From Azolla caroliniana (lineage: Eukaryota > Plantae > Polypodiophyta): a DNA stretch of 64,000 nt. Both the position numbers and the translations under genes were made by a program. Location of the stretch: NCBI GenBank assembly GCA_043228905.1, contig JBHGNT010000016.1, positions 13,702,001-13,766,000 of the forward strand, in the 5' to 3' direction. Of this stretch, positions 49,878 to 62,421 are shown one piece after another; the stretch's first letter is position 1; every line of letters begins with the position of its first letter. The notes under the pieces were generated by a model that saw only the letters and a list, made by a program, of their open reading frames with translations, made no database searches and was not told the origin of the DNA.

Positions 49878-49938
49878 GGAGGCGGCAGAAGAGCAGAAGA
49901 TGAGGGGGTCGGATCTTGCAGAGGCCATGGCTTAGGCC

Positions 49939-52026
49939 GTGGATCGGATTGTAAACGCGCGCGAGGGCACCGGTGCCCTCGACAGAGCCATTGAGGCGGT
50001 CGTCGGCACGATCGGCCGGTTCGATGGGAAGGATGCCACGAAGTATTTGGCGTCCTACGGTGCAGAGATGCTGATGCGGGACATTCCAGAAGAAAGGCGT
50101 CTTGCCGGATTTCCCCGAGTGGCGATGCCGAGCATCCATGCGGAGGTGCTCGAGGTGCGGGCGGAGAGCCATACCTGGGAGGAGTTCGAAGGTCGGCTCC
50201 TAGAGAAATACGGGCTGGACGACGCGCTCCGGCTTTCGAAGCGAAGGTTCATGGAATGGGTGGAGTCCCCGGGGAAGGGAAGAAACGCGTCGGCACTCCT
50301 CCGGGAGTTCGAGGAAAACTTTGCGCGCCTTTCGGCGCTCGACCGAACCATCCTGGACACGAGCCGGGTCTTGCTGTTTGTCAAGTCGGTCGACGAGCAG
50401 GATCGGGAGCAAGTGGGCCTCTTGCTGGAAACCGAAGACGGGCTCACTACCGACTGGGCGGCTGTCAAGAAAGTCTGTGGCCGTTTCGACAAACGGCGAG
50501 AATGGGCGGATAACGGGGCAACCGGGTCGGGCTCGGTCGCAGCAAGGAAGCTCGAACCAGCGCCATAGGTGCGAAAGGAAGAGACCCGAGAGTGGTTGGA
50601 AACCGGTTCGGCTTAGACCGGCGTAGTCAGAGGCTCAACCGGAGGAGCGGCGCTGGAGGAATTGACGAGGGCGATAAAGGACCTCCAAATCGCGCAAGCC
50701 CGAAGGGAAGGTGGCGAACCGGCTCGTGACCGACGGCCGGCGGCAGGAAACAGGTGCATGTGGTGCGATGAAGTCGGCCACATTCGGAAGGACTGCGGCG
50801 ACTTCGCGGAGGCGCTGAGGAACAGGGTGGTGTACCTGTGGGAAGGACGGGTGCATGCCAGCGACACCCGAAGGGCCCTGAGCCGAAACGACGGGCGAGG
50901 TGGTATGAAAAGGTTGATGGAAGAGGCGGCGGCCCGACACGCGGAAACCGTCCACTACTCGGCGTCGGCCGGCATTCGAGTCGGGGGCGGCGAGGCCCGA
51001 AGGGAAAGCAAAGCCGGATTCTGGCCGACGATGCTGGAAGGCCTTGCCGGTGCAAGGCTTAAAAGGGAGGAATCGGACCGTGCGGAGAAACGGGTACGGG
51101 AGATGACCGGGTGGAGCGACCCGGTCGAGGAAAAGACGGGCTTCGTGGAAGCCGCTTGCCAGAACTACGAGGCTCTGGTAGAAGAGAAGCGGGTGGGGAA
51201 ACCTGGGACGACCGGGCCCTCACAACGATACGAGACCCGGTCCGGGCCACAACGGGACGAAGCCGGCGGGGCCGGTGCGCAAGATAAACCCCAGAAGGGC
51301 GGGTACCGTCTGGGGACGGAGATAGAAAGGACCACGGACTTACGAAAGGTCCTGGAGGAACGGATCCTTGACAGCAAGGTGGAGCTGTCATTACGAGAGG
51401 TGCTGGGAATCGCCAAGAAGGAGTTCCACGACTCCATCGTGGACTTGGTGAAACGGAAGAGGCTGTCAACGGAGACAGAACCGGAAAGACCGGTGGAAGT
51501 GCGGACGACGCACCTAGACGACATGGCGCTGGGAGACGAGTGGGCGGAAAGCCACTATTCGAGACCACACTGGGCCCGAGCGACCACGGAAACCCCGGTG
51601 AAGATCGGCGATGTCCAGGAACCGGTGATAGCTTTGGTGGACCACGGATCGGAGATCAATTTGATGTCCATGGACTTCTATAAGAAGGGCAAATGGCCGA
51701 TCAACACCAAGCACGGGTGGAAAATAAGGGCAGCAACGCGTGCCACCGAGGAACTGCACGGGGCCTGTCCGAATGTGCGAGTCAAGATCGGCGACGTCGA
51801 GATTGACCAGCACTTCTTCGTGCAGGAGACGTCTTCGCATCCGGTCATACTGGGAGAGCCGTACATCACGGCGGCGCGGATGGAGACCAAGGTGCTGGAC
51901 AATGGTTCGGCCTACGCGAGGGTCAAAAGCCAAGACGGGCGCCATTCGGTCCAGTTTCTGACGGTACGGCCGAACCACGAACGTAACCGCGACTCCCTCG
52001 GTTCCGAAAACCGAGAGGATTTTTAG
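49939..52026 (+). pseudogene. gag: Inner gag-protease ORF with nonsense stops
   Basis: FDGKDATKYL, CMWCDEVGHIRKDC, ALVDHGSEINLM, VILGEPY. Confidence 0.9.
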
Positions 52027-52082
52027 AGAGGACTGCCAAGGCGTGGGGCCGCGACAGTCCGGATGCTCCGGGAAAACCCCAC
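52017..52082 (+). promoter_or_regulatory. -1 ribosomal frameshift signal (G GAU UUU plus pseudoknot)
   Basis: Heptamer at 52017, 6-nt spacer, stem GGACTG/CAGTCC, loop GTGGGG pairs with CCCCAC; the -1 frame is open into RT. Confidence 0.75.
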
Positions 52083-52148
52083 ATCTGTACGATAAAACCG
52101 TGTACAATAGGTAGGAAATTTTGCTTCTCCGACAGCGGAGCATGTACG

Positions 52149-55100
52149 ATGGTCGGCATCGCCGGCCGAGAGAAAACAAAGACGGAGGGGAGACTTCGAG
52201 CGTGCGGAGTTCTCGGCCCTGACGAAGAAATCAACGGAGCCGTGGAGGCAGTGTCTTTCGACGACACCTTGGGAATGCTGGGGAAGGTAGTCGAAGGAGA
52301 CCTTAACGAAGACCGGACGATACCGGTATGTTCCGAAGAAATGTACGAAGTCATCGCGGACTTCGGTCGAGGGCTCGAGTCGGAACGGACGGCCCGAGTT
52401 AGCACCAAGTACAAGACTGTGGACCGGAAGGTGAGGCCAGTTGCGGCGCCCTTACCGGAGGGCAGCGAATCCCGAATCAAAGGGGTTGCATCGGACCCTA
52501 GCTTACGAGATCCGGCCTGCATAGGACACACCTTCACCAACGAGACGCTCCGCGAGCTGAAGATCGGTGGGGGCGGGTTCCTACTGCCGGCGGAGGAAGA
52601 CCGGTTTCGGAGAATGCTCGGAAGGCACGGGAAAGCCTTCGCATTCTCACCGGAGGAAATCGGGTGCGTAAACCCGACGATCGTAGAGCCGATGGTGATA
52701 TTCACGGTACCGCATGTACCGTGGAATCTCAAGCCAATTCCGGTTCCGAGAGCTCACATCCCGAAGTTGATGGAGCTGTTGAAGCAGAAAGTTGATATGG
52801 GCATTCTCGAGCCGTCGAGCGCCCCGTATTCAAACCGATGGTTTACCGTACCAAAGAAAAACGGATCGTTGCGCTTCATTCAGGACCTGCAGCCGGTCAA
52901 TAGAGTGACCATTCGGAACGCAGGGATCGGACCGACCATAGACGAGTTCGCGGAGGCCTTCGCCGGAAGGTCGATTTACTCGGTCGGTGATCTATACTCA
53001 GGGTACGACCAGTTCCAGCTAGCCGTGGAGAGCAGAGACATTACGACGATGCGAACTCCCCTCGGCCTAGTGCGGATGTGTACGCTGCCGCAAGGAGGGA
53101 CCAACTCGGTGGCCCACATGGTGAATGCAATGAACAAGGTGCTGAGGGACTGCATCCCGGACATCACCATGCCGTTTCTAGACGACATCCCGATCAAGGG
53201 ATGCCCGGTAGAAGAGAAGGACGAGACGATCGGGCCGGACGGATGCCGGCGATTCGTGGTGACGCACATCGACGACTGCGAGAAGGTGCTGCAAAGGCTA
53301 GAGGATGCGAGGCTCACCTTCTCGGGGGAGAAGTCAGCCTTCGGGCAGTCGGAAATCATGGTGGTCGGACATTTATGTGGACCATATGGCCGGAAACCGT
53401 CTCCGGCAAAGGTAGAAGCCATCTCCGCGATGAAGCCTGATTGCAGCTCGGTCACGGAAGTACGAAGATTCTTGGGAGCATGCGCCTTCTACCACATATG
53501 GATCCCGCATTACGCGCACGTCGCGGAGCCGCTGTACGGATTATTGAAGAAAGGGCGAAGATTCGAATGGCTAGACAAGCACACGGAGTCGGTCCGGAAG
53601 CTGAAGGAGGCTCTTTCGGCAGCACCGGCGCTCCGAAAGGCCGTCTACAGGAAGGGCACCCCAGTGTACATAACGGTTGACACGAGTCCGACCGGAATCG
53701 GGTGGGTCGTCAACCAAGAAGACGAGGACGGCAATCGGTTTCCGATCCGATTCGGCGCGAAGGTCCTCAGTGAGCGGCAGCGAGGATACGCCCAGGTTAA
53801 ACGCGAACTCTGGGGTATCGTTTCGGCGGTGAAGGCCGACAAGGACTATCTGATCGGGACAGAGGTAATCATAGAGACGGATTGCATGCCGATTCTCGGC
53901 ATGGTTTCCGGATGCGCGACGCCGGACCTGGCAATGCTCAGGTGGATAGCGTACATCAAGTCCCTGGACCCATTTCCGGGAAAGACAACGCCATGGCCGA
54001 CATGCTTTCAAGGGCGAGATTCGATGACGAGGGCGGCATGGTTTCGGAGGACGAAGAGGTCGGCGTGGACTTCTTCGAGGCAGCATACGTAACAACCGGT
54101 GGGACAAGCACTCCGGCGCTTAACGACTTCGACGCGAGCAATTACGACGGGGAGTGGCTGTAGATCGGCGGGTTCTTGAGGACAATGGCGCCGGATGCGT
54201 CATGGACGAAAGACGAGGCCAACCGGATCCGGAAGAAAGCGTACCGGTTCTTTCTCCGGGATGGCTATCTATGGAAGCACCCGAAGAAGAGGGACGGCGC
54301 TCCGCTCCGGGTGGTGGCGATGAAGGAAGAACAGGAGGAGCTGCTGACGGCCTACCACGACAGCCCTTGGGCCGGACACCGTGGAACTTGGGCCACGTTC
54401 GAGAAGATAAAGGAGAAGTACTGGTGGCCGGGACTGTACCGGGACGTGCATCAATTAGTGACAACTTGCGAGAGCTGTCAGATGCACTCCGTGGTCCGAC
54501 ATCGGGACGAGCTTCACCCTACGTACCCTCCGACCATCCACTTCAAATGGATGGTAGATCTGGTGACGATGCCAATGGGGGTAGGACAGATGCGGTACCT
54601 GGTCCTAGCGCGGGAGGATCTGACGAACCAGGTGGAAGGCCGGGCCCTTCCGAACAAAACGACCGCGGCCGTATGTCGGTTCCTAATCGAGGACGTGATA
54701 TGCCGGTACGGGTGCGTCGGGAAGATCGTGGCTGACCGAGGGGAGTTGGACGCCGAAGAAGCTGCGGAGCTGTTCGACCGGCTGGGAGTCAAGCTCTCGC
54801 TCACCACTGCGTACAATCCGGAGGCGAATGGAAAGGTGGAGCGCGGACACGGACCGATCGTCAAGGCGCTGGTTCGAGCATGCGGAGGCCAAGTCGGTAA
54901 CTGGCCGCGGCTACTACCTTATGCTTTGTGGGCAGACCGGACCACGCACAGTTCGGTAACCGGGTACATGCCGACGGAGCTCATGTTCGGCCAGAAGCCG
55001 ATCATGCCGATGGAACGGACGATCTCCTCGTGGGCAACGGTCGACTGGAGGGACGAGATGAGCCGGGAGGAGTTGTTGGCCGCGCGTATACGACAGCTCG

Positions 55101-55492
55101 AGCGGAGACCGGAGGACGTGGAACTGGCTGCGGGGAAGCTCCGGGTGGCGAGAACAAAGAACAAAGCCAGGTTCGACCGAACGCACCGGCTCCGACCGAA
55201 GAAAATCGAAGAAGGTGACTGGGTGCTCGTCTACGACAGCAACCTCGACAACCAGCACCGAGCTACACGGAAGTTCGCACGAAGGTGGTTCGGGCCTTAC
55301 GTGGTACGGAGCGCCAATGACAACGGGACATATCAGCTGGCGGAACTAGACGGCACGAGAATGGCGATACCGGTTGCAGGGAAGCGGATCAAAGCGTTCA
55401 AGAAGCGACACGACGACGAGCCAGACCCGGCTCTCCTAGTCAGCAGTGACGAACGATCCGAAAACGAGGAAGAACCGACGGGCGAGGAATGA
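52149..55492 (+). pseudogene. pol: Inner pol (RT, RNase H, integrase), with a frameshifting deletion and a stop
   Basis: FIQDLQPVN, FLDD, TVDTSPTGIG, H...GHRG...CESC, ADRGEL, EANGKVERGH, WFGPY. Confidence 0.93.
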
Positions 55493-55563
55493 AGACGGGC
55501 CGGTTTTCTCCGTCCCAACTCTCTTGGCGCATACCGGAGGATGCGCGGTTAGGTGGGGGCGGA

Positions 55564-56614
55564 TGTCGTGAAGAAAACCATCCATAGGCGGAATCGGCGC
55601 ACCAAGGCGTGGGAACCGGTTCTTCACGCGCGCACGCTCCAAGTTGTACATAGAAGCGAATTAGGAGGATAATCGGCAAGAACGGGCCCTAACACGAGTG
55701 GAGACAAAGACCGCGCGAACAGTCTTTTCGGTCGCGCGCGCGAGCTAAGGAACTGTACGAGTCGGCGGCGTAACTACGCGGATGCGTGAAGAACGGAGCG
55801 GATCCCTGTCCAAAAGGGACAGGGAATAAAGCTGACAGGACGGCCTGCTCGTCGGCCTATATAAGGAGCAGGAAAGAGCTGTTGCAGGCATCTCGCGCAG
55901 AGAGGACGAAGTGTTGTCGGACCGTTTCTGGACGCTTCTCTCTCTGTTTCCTTCCTTCTTGAGCTCCATAGCTTTTCTGTGCAGGGTTCCGAGGAGGCTC
56001 GCGCTGTTTCGAGGAACGCCCGAGTGCTTCCGGCAGCACCTCCGACTTGCTACCCCTTTGTGCATCGAAGCGAACAAGCATCGGCATCTGTTCGCCGGCC
56101 TGTTCGGTTGTAGCCAACCTGTGCCCCATCGAGGGTTGTAGTCGTGTTAGCCATTTTGTTAATATACATATTTAGTCGGACCGTTTCTGGACGCTTCTCT
56201 CTCTGTTTCCTTCCTTCTTGAGCTCCATAGCTTTTCTGTGCAGGGTTCCGAGGAGGCTCGCGCTGTTTCGAGGAACGCCCGAGTGCTTCCGGCAGCACCT
56301 CCGACCTGCTACCCCTTTGTGCGTCGAAGCGAACAAGCATCGGCATCTGTTCGCTGGCCTGTTCGGTTGTAGCCAACCTGTGCCCCATCGAGGGTTGTAG
56401 TCGTGTTAGCCATTTTGTTAATATATATATTTAGTCATTCGCATCTGTCTGTGTCGGTGTCTGTTCGCGTTCTCCGTGCTGAAGGGTCGTGTCCCTGTGT
56501 ATCCCTGGTCCTGCGTAGCCGGTTCTCTCTCTTTCTCCTCCCTCGCTTGCTCTTTGGTTCGAGACCCCCGCGGTCCCGCCTCGTTTCCACACGCACTTGC
56601 GTAATATCTCGACA
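55564..56614 (+). repeat. Inner element 3' LTR with an internal 259-bp tandem duplication
   Basis: Copies start at 55916 and 56175; 1051-792=259. Confidence 0.96.
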
Positions 56615-56783
56615 ACGCTAAACTCGTGGGATTCACGAGATTGCTATCTTACTTCTCTTTCCACTATTCATATCTAGCCTTAAGTTGTATTCCTCTTCCT
56701 CCTAGTCAAAAACCTCGGCGGTTCCCACCCGACTCACGCAACGATCCGGAGCCGAAGGGCATGACACAACTGGTGAACCCGAC

Positions 56784-58847
56784 GTGAAAACGGGTGGCAA
56801 GGAGATGGAAAATCAACAAGAGGCTAGCAACATGATGATGATGTTGGAGCGCATGCTACAAGAACAACGCGCGATGTCGGAGATAGCGGCATCAGTGGAG
56901 CGGCTCGTGCAACGAAACGGGCAATTCAACGGGAAAGACGTGTCGCGGTATCTTCGGGATTACAAGGCGGAGATGCTACGGTGCGGAATATCGGAAGGAC
57001 TGCAAGTGACGTCCTTGAACCGGGTGGCGACCGATGGGCTTCAAGCAAGCATCCATGGGCTACGACAGCAAAATCCGACATGGGAGGCGTTTGAAGTAGA
57101 GCTAAAGAGGACGTTCGCCATCGAGGATTCGTCCAAGGCGACGCGAAGGGGATTCGAAGATTGGGTGGAGACGCCGGACAAGGGATTGAAGGTCGTTGAT
57201 GTGTTTTCGGCATTCGAAAGCCAGTTCGGGAGGTTGTCCGCGAGAGATCAAGCTATCCTCGTACCGGACAAGGTGATCATGTTCTTGCGAGCCGTGGACA
57301 TCCGGGACCGGAAAGATCTCGGAGTGCTCTTGGAGGACACGACCACGGAGAGCGGCCTCACCGAAACATGGGAAAGCGTGCGGGATATCGTCGCGCGATA
57401 CACGAAGAGGGGGCAATGGCTTGCCGACGAGGAAAAGAGGGTTTCGGAACCGATTCCGAAACCGAGAACCGGATTGGAAGACCATCAACTGAGGGCTCGA
57501 GAGACTACAACCGAGAAGGGGATTGATGCATCTACGGTGGAGCAACTATTGAAGGAGATGGAGAATCTGAAGATCGCGATGGTGAAGAAGTCGAATGACC
57601 GCCCCACAAGCTCCAAGTATACAGACCGACGGTGCATATGGTGCGATAGCGCCGAACACGATCGGAGGGATTGCGACGAGCATAAGGAGGCGCTACGACG
57701 GGATCTCATCTACTATGAGGGAAACCGGATTCATTCGATGGACTCTCGGAAGCCACTCCGACCGAACTTCCGGAAAGGCGGCATGAAGAAGGTGCTCGAG
57801 GAGGAATTGGCGGCAAGAAGCAACTATGCGACAACCACGGGAATATGTGTCGGGGAGTCATCGAGAGCAAAGACGTCTTTCTGGCCGGAAGTTCTAGAAA
57901 ACACCGAGAAAACCGACTCCAACGAGATCCGAAGCACCGCGGAAGGCGTCCGGGAAGCTACGGGATGGGAGTGCCATGTCGACAAAAATAGCATATACGC
58001 CCTGTGTCAATTGCATAAGGTGTATGTGGACGAGAAACGACGACGCACGGAGGATGCGGCCGGGCCATCGAAGATACCGGAAAGTTGGAACTCCGGAGGT
58101 AAGGGAAAAGAAAAGGCGACTCCGGCATTCAAGCTCGCCTCGGACATAGAACAACAAACTGACTTGAAAAGAGTGTTCGAGGAAAGAATCTTGGATAGCC
58201 GGGTAGATTTCTCGCTTCGGGAGCTACTCGGAATAGCAAAGAAGGAGTTCCACGATCTTCTCGTGGATCTCGTGAAGCGAAAAAGACAAAGTACGGAGGA
58301 AAATGCTCCAAGGGTGAATGCGAACACTGTTTTAATGAACGACACCGAAGTGGAGGACGAAATTCCGAACTCCCACTATACAAGGCCACATTGGGCACGC
58401 GCGACTACGGAGACTCCGGTCCGTATCGGCAACATCAAAGAACCCGTGCTAGCATTGATTGATCACGGATCGGAGATCAACTTGATGTCCAAGGAGTTCT
58501 ACCGGAAGGGGAAGTGGCCTATTAACACCAACCATGGATGGAAGATTCGGGCGGCCACCAAAGCAACGGAAGATCTATTTGCGGCTTGTCCGGATGTGAC
58601 GGTGAAGATCGGGGATGTCGAGATCGACCAAAATTTCTTCGTGCAAGATGAGGTTTCACATTCCGTCATCCTCGGCCAACCCTTTATCACGGCATCACGG
58701 ATGGAGACGAAGGTTCTCGATAGCGGTGCGGCTTTTGCACGAATTCGGAGCCAAAACGGTGGGAAATCCGTCCAATTTCTAATGGTGCCGGAAAATCACG
58801 AAAGGAACAAGAGGGAACTCTTGTCCCAAGTGAGAATGGATTTTTAA
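56784..58847 (+). CDS. gag: Outer gag-protease ORF (open)
   Basis: 687 open codons; FNGKDVSRYL, CIWCDSAEHDRRDC, ALIDHGSEINLM. Start codon uncertain. Confidence 0.88.
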   Translation: MKTGGKEMENQQEASNMMMMLERMLQEQRAMSEIAASVERLVQRNGQFNGKDVSRYLRDYKAEMLRCGISEGLQVTSLNRVATDGLQASIHGLRQQNPTWEAFEVELKRTFAIEDSSKATRRGFEDWVETPDKGLKVVDVFSAFESQFGRLSARDQAILVPDKVIMFLRAVDIRDRKDLGVLLEDTTTESGLTETWESVRDIVARYTKRGQWLADEEKRVSEPIPKPRTGLEDHQLRARETTTEKGIDASTVEQLLKEMENLKIAMVKKSNDRPTSSKYTDRRCIWCDSAEHDRRDCDEHKEALRRDLIYYEGNRIHSMDSRKPLRPNFRKGGMKKVLEEELAARSNYATTTGICVGESSRAKTSFWPEVLENTEKTDSNEIRSTAEGVREATGWECHVDKNSIYALCQLHKVYVDEKRRRTEDAAGPSKIPESWNSGGKGKEKATPAFKLASDIEQQTDLKRVFEERILDSRVDFSLRELLGIAKKEFHDLLVDLVKRKRQSTEENAPRVNANTVLMNDTEVEDEIPNSHYTRPHWARATTETPVRIGNIKEPVLALIDHGSEINLMSKEFYRKGKWPINTNHGWKIRAATKATEDLFAACPDVTVKIGDVEIDQNFFVQDEVSHSVILGQPFITASRMETKVLDSGAAFARIRSQNGGKSVQFLMVPENHERNKRELLSQVRMDF

Positions 58848-58901
58848 AGCGGACTGTTGTGGAGTGGGGAAGTGATAGTCCGAGAAGCCCTGATACCCCA
58901 C
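58838..58901 (+). promoter_or_regulatory. -1 ribosomal frameshift signal (G GAU UUU plus pseudoknot)
   Basis: Heptamer at 58838, stem CGGACT/AGTCCG, loop GTGGGG pairs with CCCCAC at 58896. Confidence 0.75.
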
Positions 58902-61900
58902 ACAGGAAGAAAACTCTCGGAGCAAAACATGTACGAATCGGTCCGGATGGGGCATCTACGTACACGACCGTAACCGGAGGATTGAAGAAAGGATACCGAC
59001 AAGTGGAGGATAAGTTGCGGTCGGCATCAATAATAAAAGAAGATGAAGAAATCGTGGGGATAGTCGAAGAAGTGTTCTATGAGAGCACGCTACAACGACT
59101 TGAAGAGCTTGCGGAAGATAAAAGCCAAGGGAACCGGGTAGTCCCGGTGGAATCGGTCGAGATGTACGAGATCATTGTGAAAATGGAGCCGGATACGCTC
59201 CGCAAAGAAGAAGCAATGGTAAGTACGAAATACAAGACCGTGGAGAAGAAGGTGAAACCGGCCGCGGGACCACTACCCGCCGATAGCGAACAAAAGAGGA
59301 AAGAAGTCTCGGGAGATCCGACACTTCGGAAGACCGTGGATATCGGACATGCCTTCACGGATGAGACCCGGAAGAAACTTCGGATCGGTGGAGGTGGGTT
59401 CCTATTACAAAAAGAAGAAGAACGGTTTCGCGAGATGTTGGAGCAACACGGCAAAGCGTTTGCATTTACATCAAGGGAGATAGGGTGCGTCGATCCGAGA
59501 ATAGTGGAGCCGATGGTGATCTTCACGATTGACCATGTACCGTGGAACCTGAAGCCGATTCCGGTGCCACGAGCGCATATTCCGAAAGTCATTGACTTGC
59601 TCAAGGAGAAGGTGGCGATGGGGATTCTAGAGCCATCAACTGCTCCGTACTCAAATCGATGGTTTACGGTTCCGAAGAAGAATGGGTCACTCCGATTTAT
59701 CCAAGACTTGCAGCCGGTGAATAAGGTCACGATCCGGAACTCGGGAGTCGGTCCGATAGTGGACGAATTTGCGGAAGCTTTTGCCGGTCGTGCGATATAT
59801 TCCATCGGAGACGTATACTCGGGGTATGACCAATTCCAACTAGCCGTGGAGAGCCGAGACATCACAACCATGCGAACACCGATAGGATTAGTCTGAATGT
59901 GCACACTACCACAAGGAGCGACAAACTCGGTTGCTCATATGATGAACGCGATGAACAAGGTGCTTCGAGACTGCATTCCGGAGATAACGATGTCGTTCCT
60001 CGATGACATTCCGATGAAAGGATGCGCGGTAGAAGCAAAAGATGAGACTATGGATGATCGGGGATGCCGAAAGTTCGTGGTCGACCATATTCATGATTGC
60101 GAGAAAGTGTTGCGAAAGCTAGAAGATGTGCACCTAACACTTTCCGGGGAGAAATCGGCATTTGGGCAAGAAGAAATATTGGTGGTCGGACATCTATGTG
60201 GGCCCTACGGCCGAAGACCGTCACCAGCAAAGATCGATGCGATTCAAGCTATGGAGGAAGTATGCGAGTCAACATCCGAAGTCCGAAGGTTTCTCGGTGC
60301 ATGTGCATTCTATCACATATGGATTCCGCACTATGCACATATAGCGGATCCGCTCTACCACTTGTTGCGGAAAGGTAAAAAATTCGAATGGAAACCGGAA
60401 CACACCAAAGCCATGAAGAAATTGAAGAAGACACTTCGGAGGGCGGAAGCACTTAAGAAGCCGAGCTATGACCGACCGATCATAGTAACGGTTGATACAA
60501 GTCCAACCGGTATCGGGTGGGTCATCAATCAAGCCGACTCGGATGATTCGCGGTATCCGATCCGATTCGGAGCAAAGGTTCTCAACGAAAGGCAACGTGG
60601 ATATGCGCAAGTCAAAAGAGAACTGTGGCGATAAAATCGGATCGGGATTATTTGATCGGAGCCGAAGTGGTGATCGAGACGGATTGTCTTCCGATACTCG
60701 GGATGATGCGGTGTTGTACGATACCGGATGTAGCTATGCTAAGGTGGGTTGCATATGTCAAGTCGCTTAATCCGGAGGTTCGACACATCTCGGGGAAGGA
60801 CAACGCGGTAGCAGATATGTTATCAAGGGCTCGGTTCGGAGACGACATAACCGAATCGGATAATGAAGAAGTTTCCGAAGACTACTTCGCGTCGGAGCAC
60901 ATATGCCGAGTAAACATAATCTGGGAATTCCGGGAAGAAGAATACGAGGGAGAAAGCTTGATGATCGGGAAGATATTACAAGAGGCCGAGGATTCAACAA
61001 ACGATAAAGGAAGAAGAGCCGAGATCCGAAGGAAGAAGAGACAAGTCCAAAAGTTCTTCTTGGAAAACGGATTAATATGGAGGGCGCCGAAAAGACCGGA
61101 TGGTATACCACTTCGAGTAGTTGGAACAAAAGAGCAACGAAACCAGATAATGTCCGAGTTTCACGAATCCGATTGGGCTGGACACCGAGGAACATGGGCA
61201 ACATATGAAGATCAAGCAAAAATATTGGTGGAAGAAAATGTACAAAGATGTCGCGGAGTTCACGGAAAGTTGCGAGAAATGTCAAGTCTACTCCAGGGTT
61301 CGACATCGAGATGAGTTACATCCGACATTCTCACCGACAATCAACTTCAAGTGGATGGTTGACATAGTGGCCATGCCGACCGGGATCGGACAAAAGAAAT
61401 ACTTGGTATTAGCTCGGGAAGATCTCACGAATCAAGTAGAAGGTCGAGCGCTTCAGAGGAAAACGTGTTCCGCGGTATGCCAATTTCTTTTGGAGGAAGT
61501 ATTTTGCAGGTACGGGTGCGTAGGACAAGTGATTGCGGACCGGGGAGAACTCGACTCGGACAAAGCTAGGGGATTCTTCGTTAAACACGGAGTTCGGTTA
61601 TCGCTGACAACGGCATACAATCCGGAGGCCAACGGGAAAATCGAACGAGGACATAGTCCGATCGTGAAAGCACTTGCGAAGGCATGCGATGGAAAGGTGA
61701 AGAACTGGCCGCAGATGCTTCCGTATGCACTATGGGCGGATCGGACGACGCATAGTTCCATAACCGGTTACATGCCGGCAGAACTCATGACCGGACAAGC
61801 ACCGGTAATGCCGACGGAAACCGCGATCGCAACATGGACAGTGCTACCGTGGAAGGAAGAGATGAGCCGGGAAGAACTACTAGCGGTCCGGATACGACAA

Positions 61901-62421
61901 CTAGAGGGAAGACCGGCAGACATAGCGGAAGCAATACGCCGACAACAAGAAGCACGATTAAGGAACAAAAGCCAGTTCGACACAAAGCACCGACTACGAC
62001 CGAGGAGGATTGAAGAAGGAGATTGGGTGATCGTCTATGACAGTAGTTTGGACCATCAACATACAACGATGCGGAAATTCGCGAAAAGGTGGTTCGGGCC
62101 ATACGAGGTTCGGAAAGTCTTCGACAACGGAACGTACCGACTGTCCGAGTTGGATGGAACAATATTATGAGTGCCTATAGCCGGGAAGCGGGTGAAGATT
62201 TTCAAGAAGCGGACCGACGACAAACCCTATGTGATCCAAGCCAAGGCCGACAACGAGGAGCAATCGGACAAAGACCACGGTGATGCGGGAAGCGAAGAAA
62301 GTGAATTACAACTCATAGTTGACATAAGGGGAGAATTGGAGGAAGCTTTGGGTGAAGACGGATATGGGGGATCGAGAACTTCGGCACATACCGGAGGATG
62401 TGCGGGTTCGGAGGGGGCGAA
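58859..62421 (+). pseudogene. pol: Outer pol (RT, RNase H, integrase) with stops and frameshifts
   Basis: Collinear with inner pol; TGA at 59894 where the inner element has Arg; frameshifts near 60630 and 61205. Confidence 0.93.

Larger units (their letters stand above)
49064..56614 (+). mobile_element. Full-length Ty3/gypsy (inner) inserted in the outer element's 5' LTR
   Basis: LTRs 49064-49855 and 55564-56614; TSD ACGC, with the empty site visible in the outer 3' LTR (TTACGCTAAA); tRNA-Trp PBS 49860-49877; PPT. Confidence 0.97.

Noticed and set aside
49245-62162. Many antisense and alternate-frame ORFs in the GC-rich Ty3 elements
   Set aside because: Expected shadows of GC-rich coding sequence and LTR repeats; no motifs recognised.
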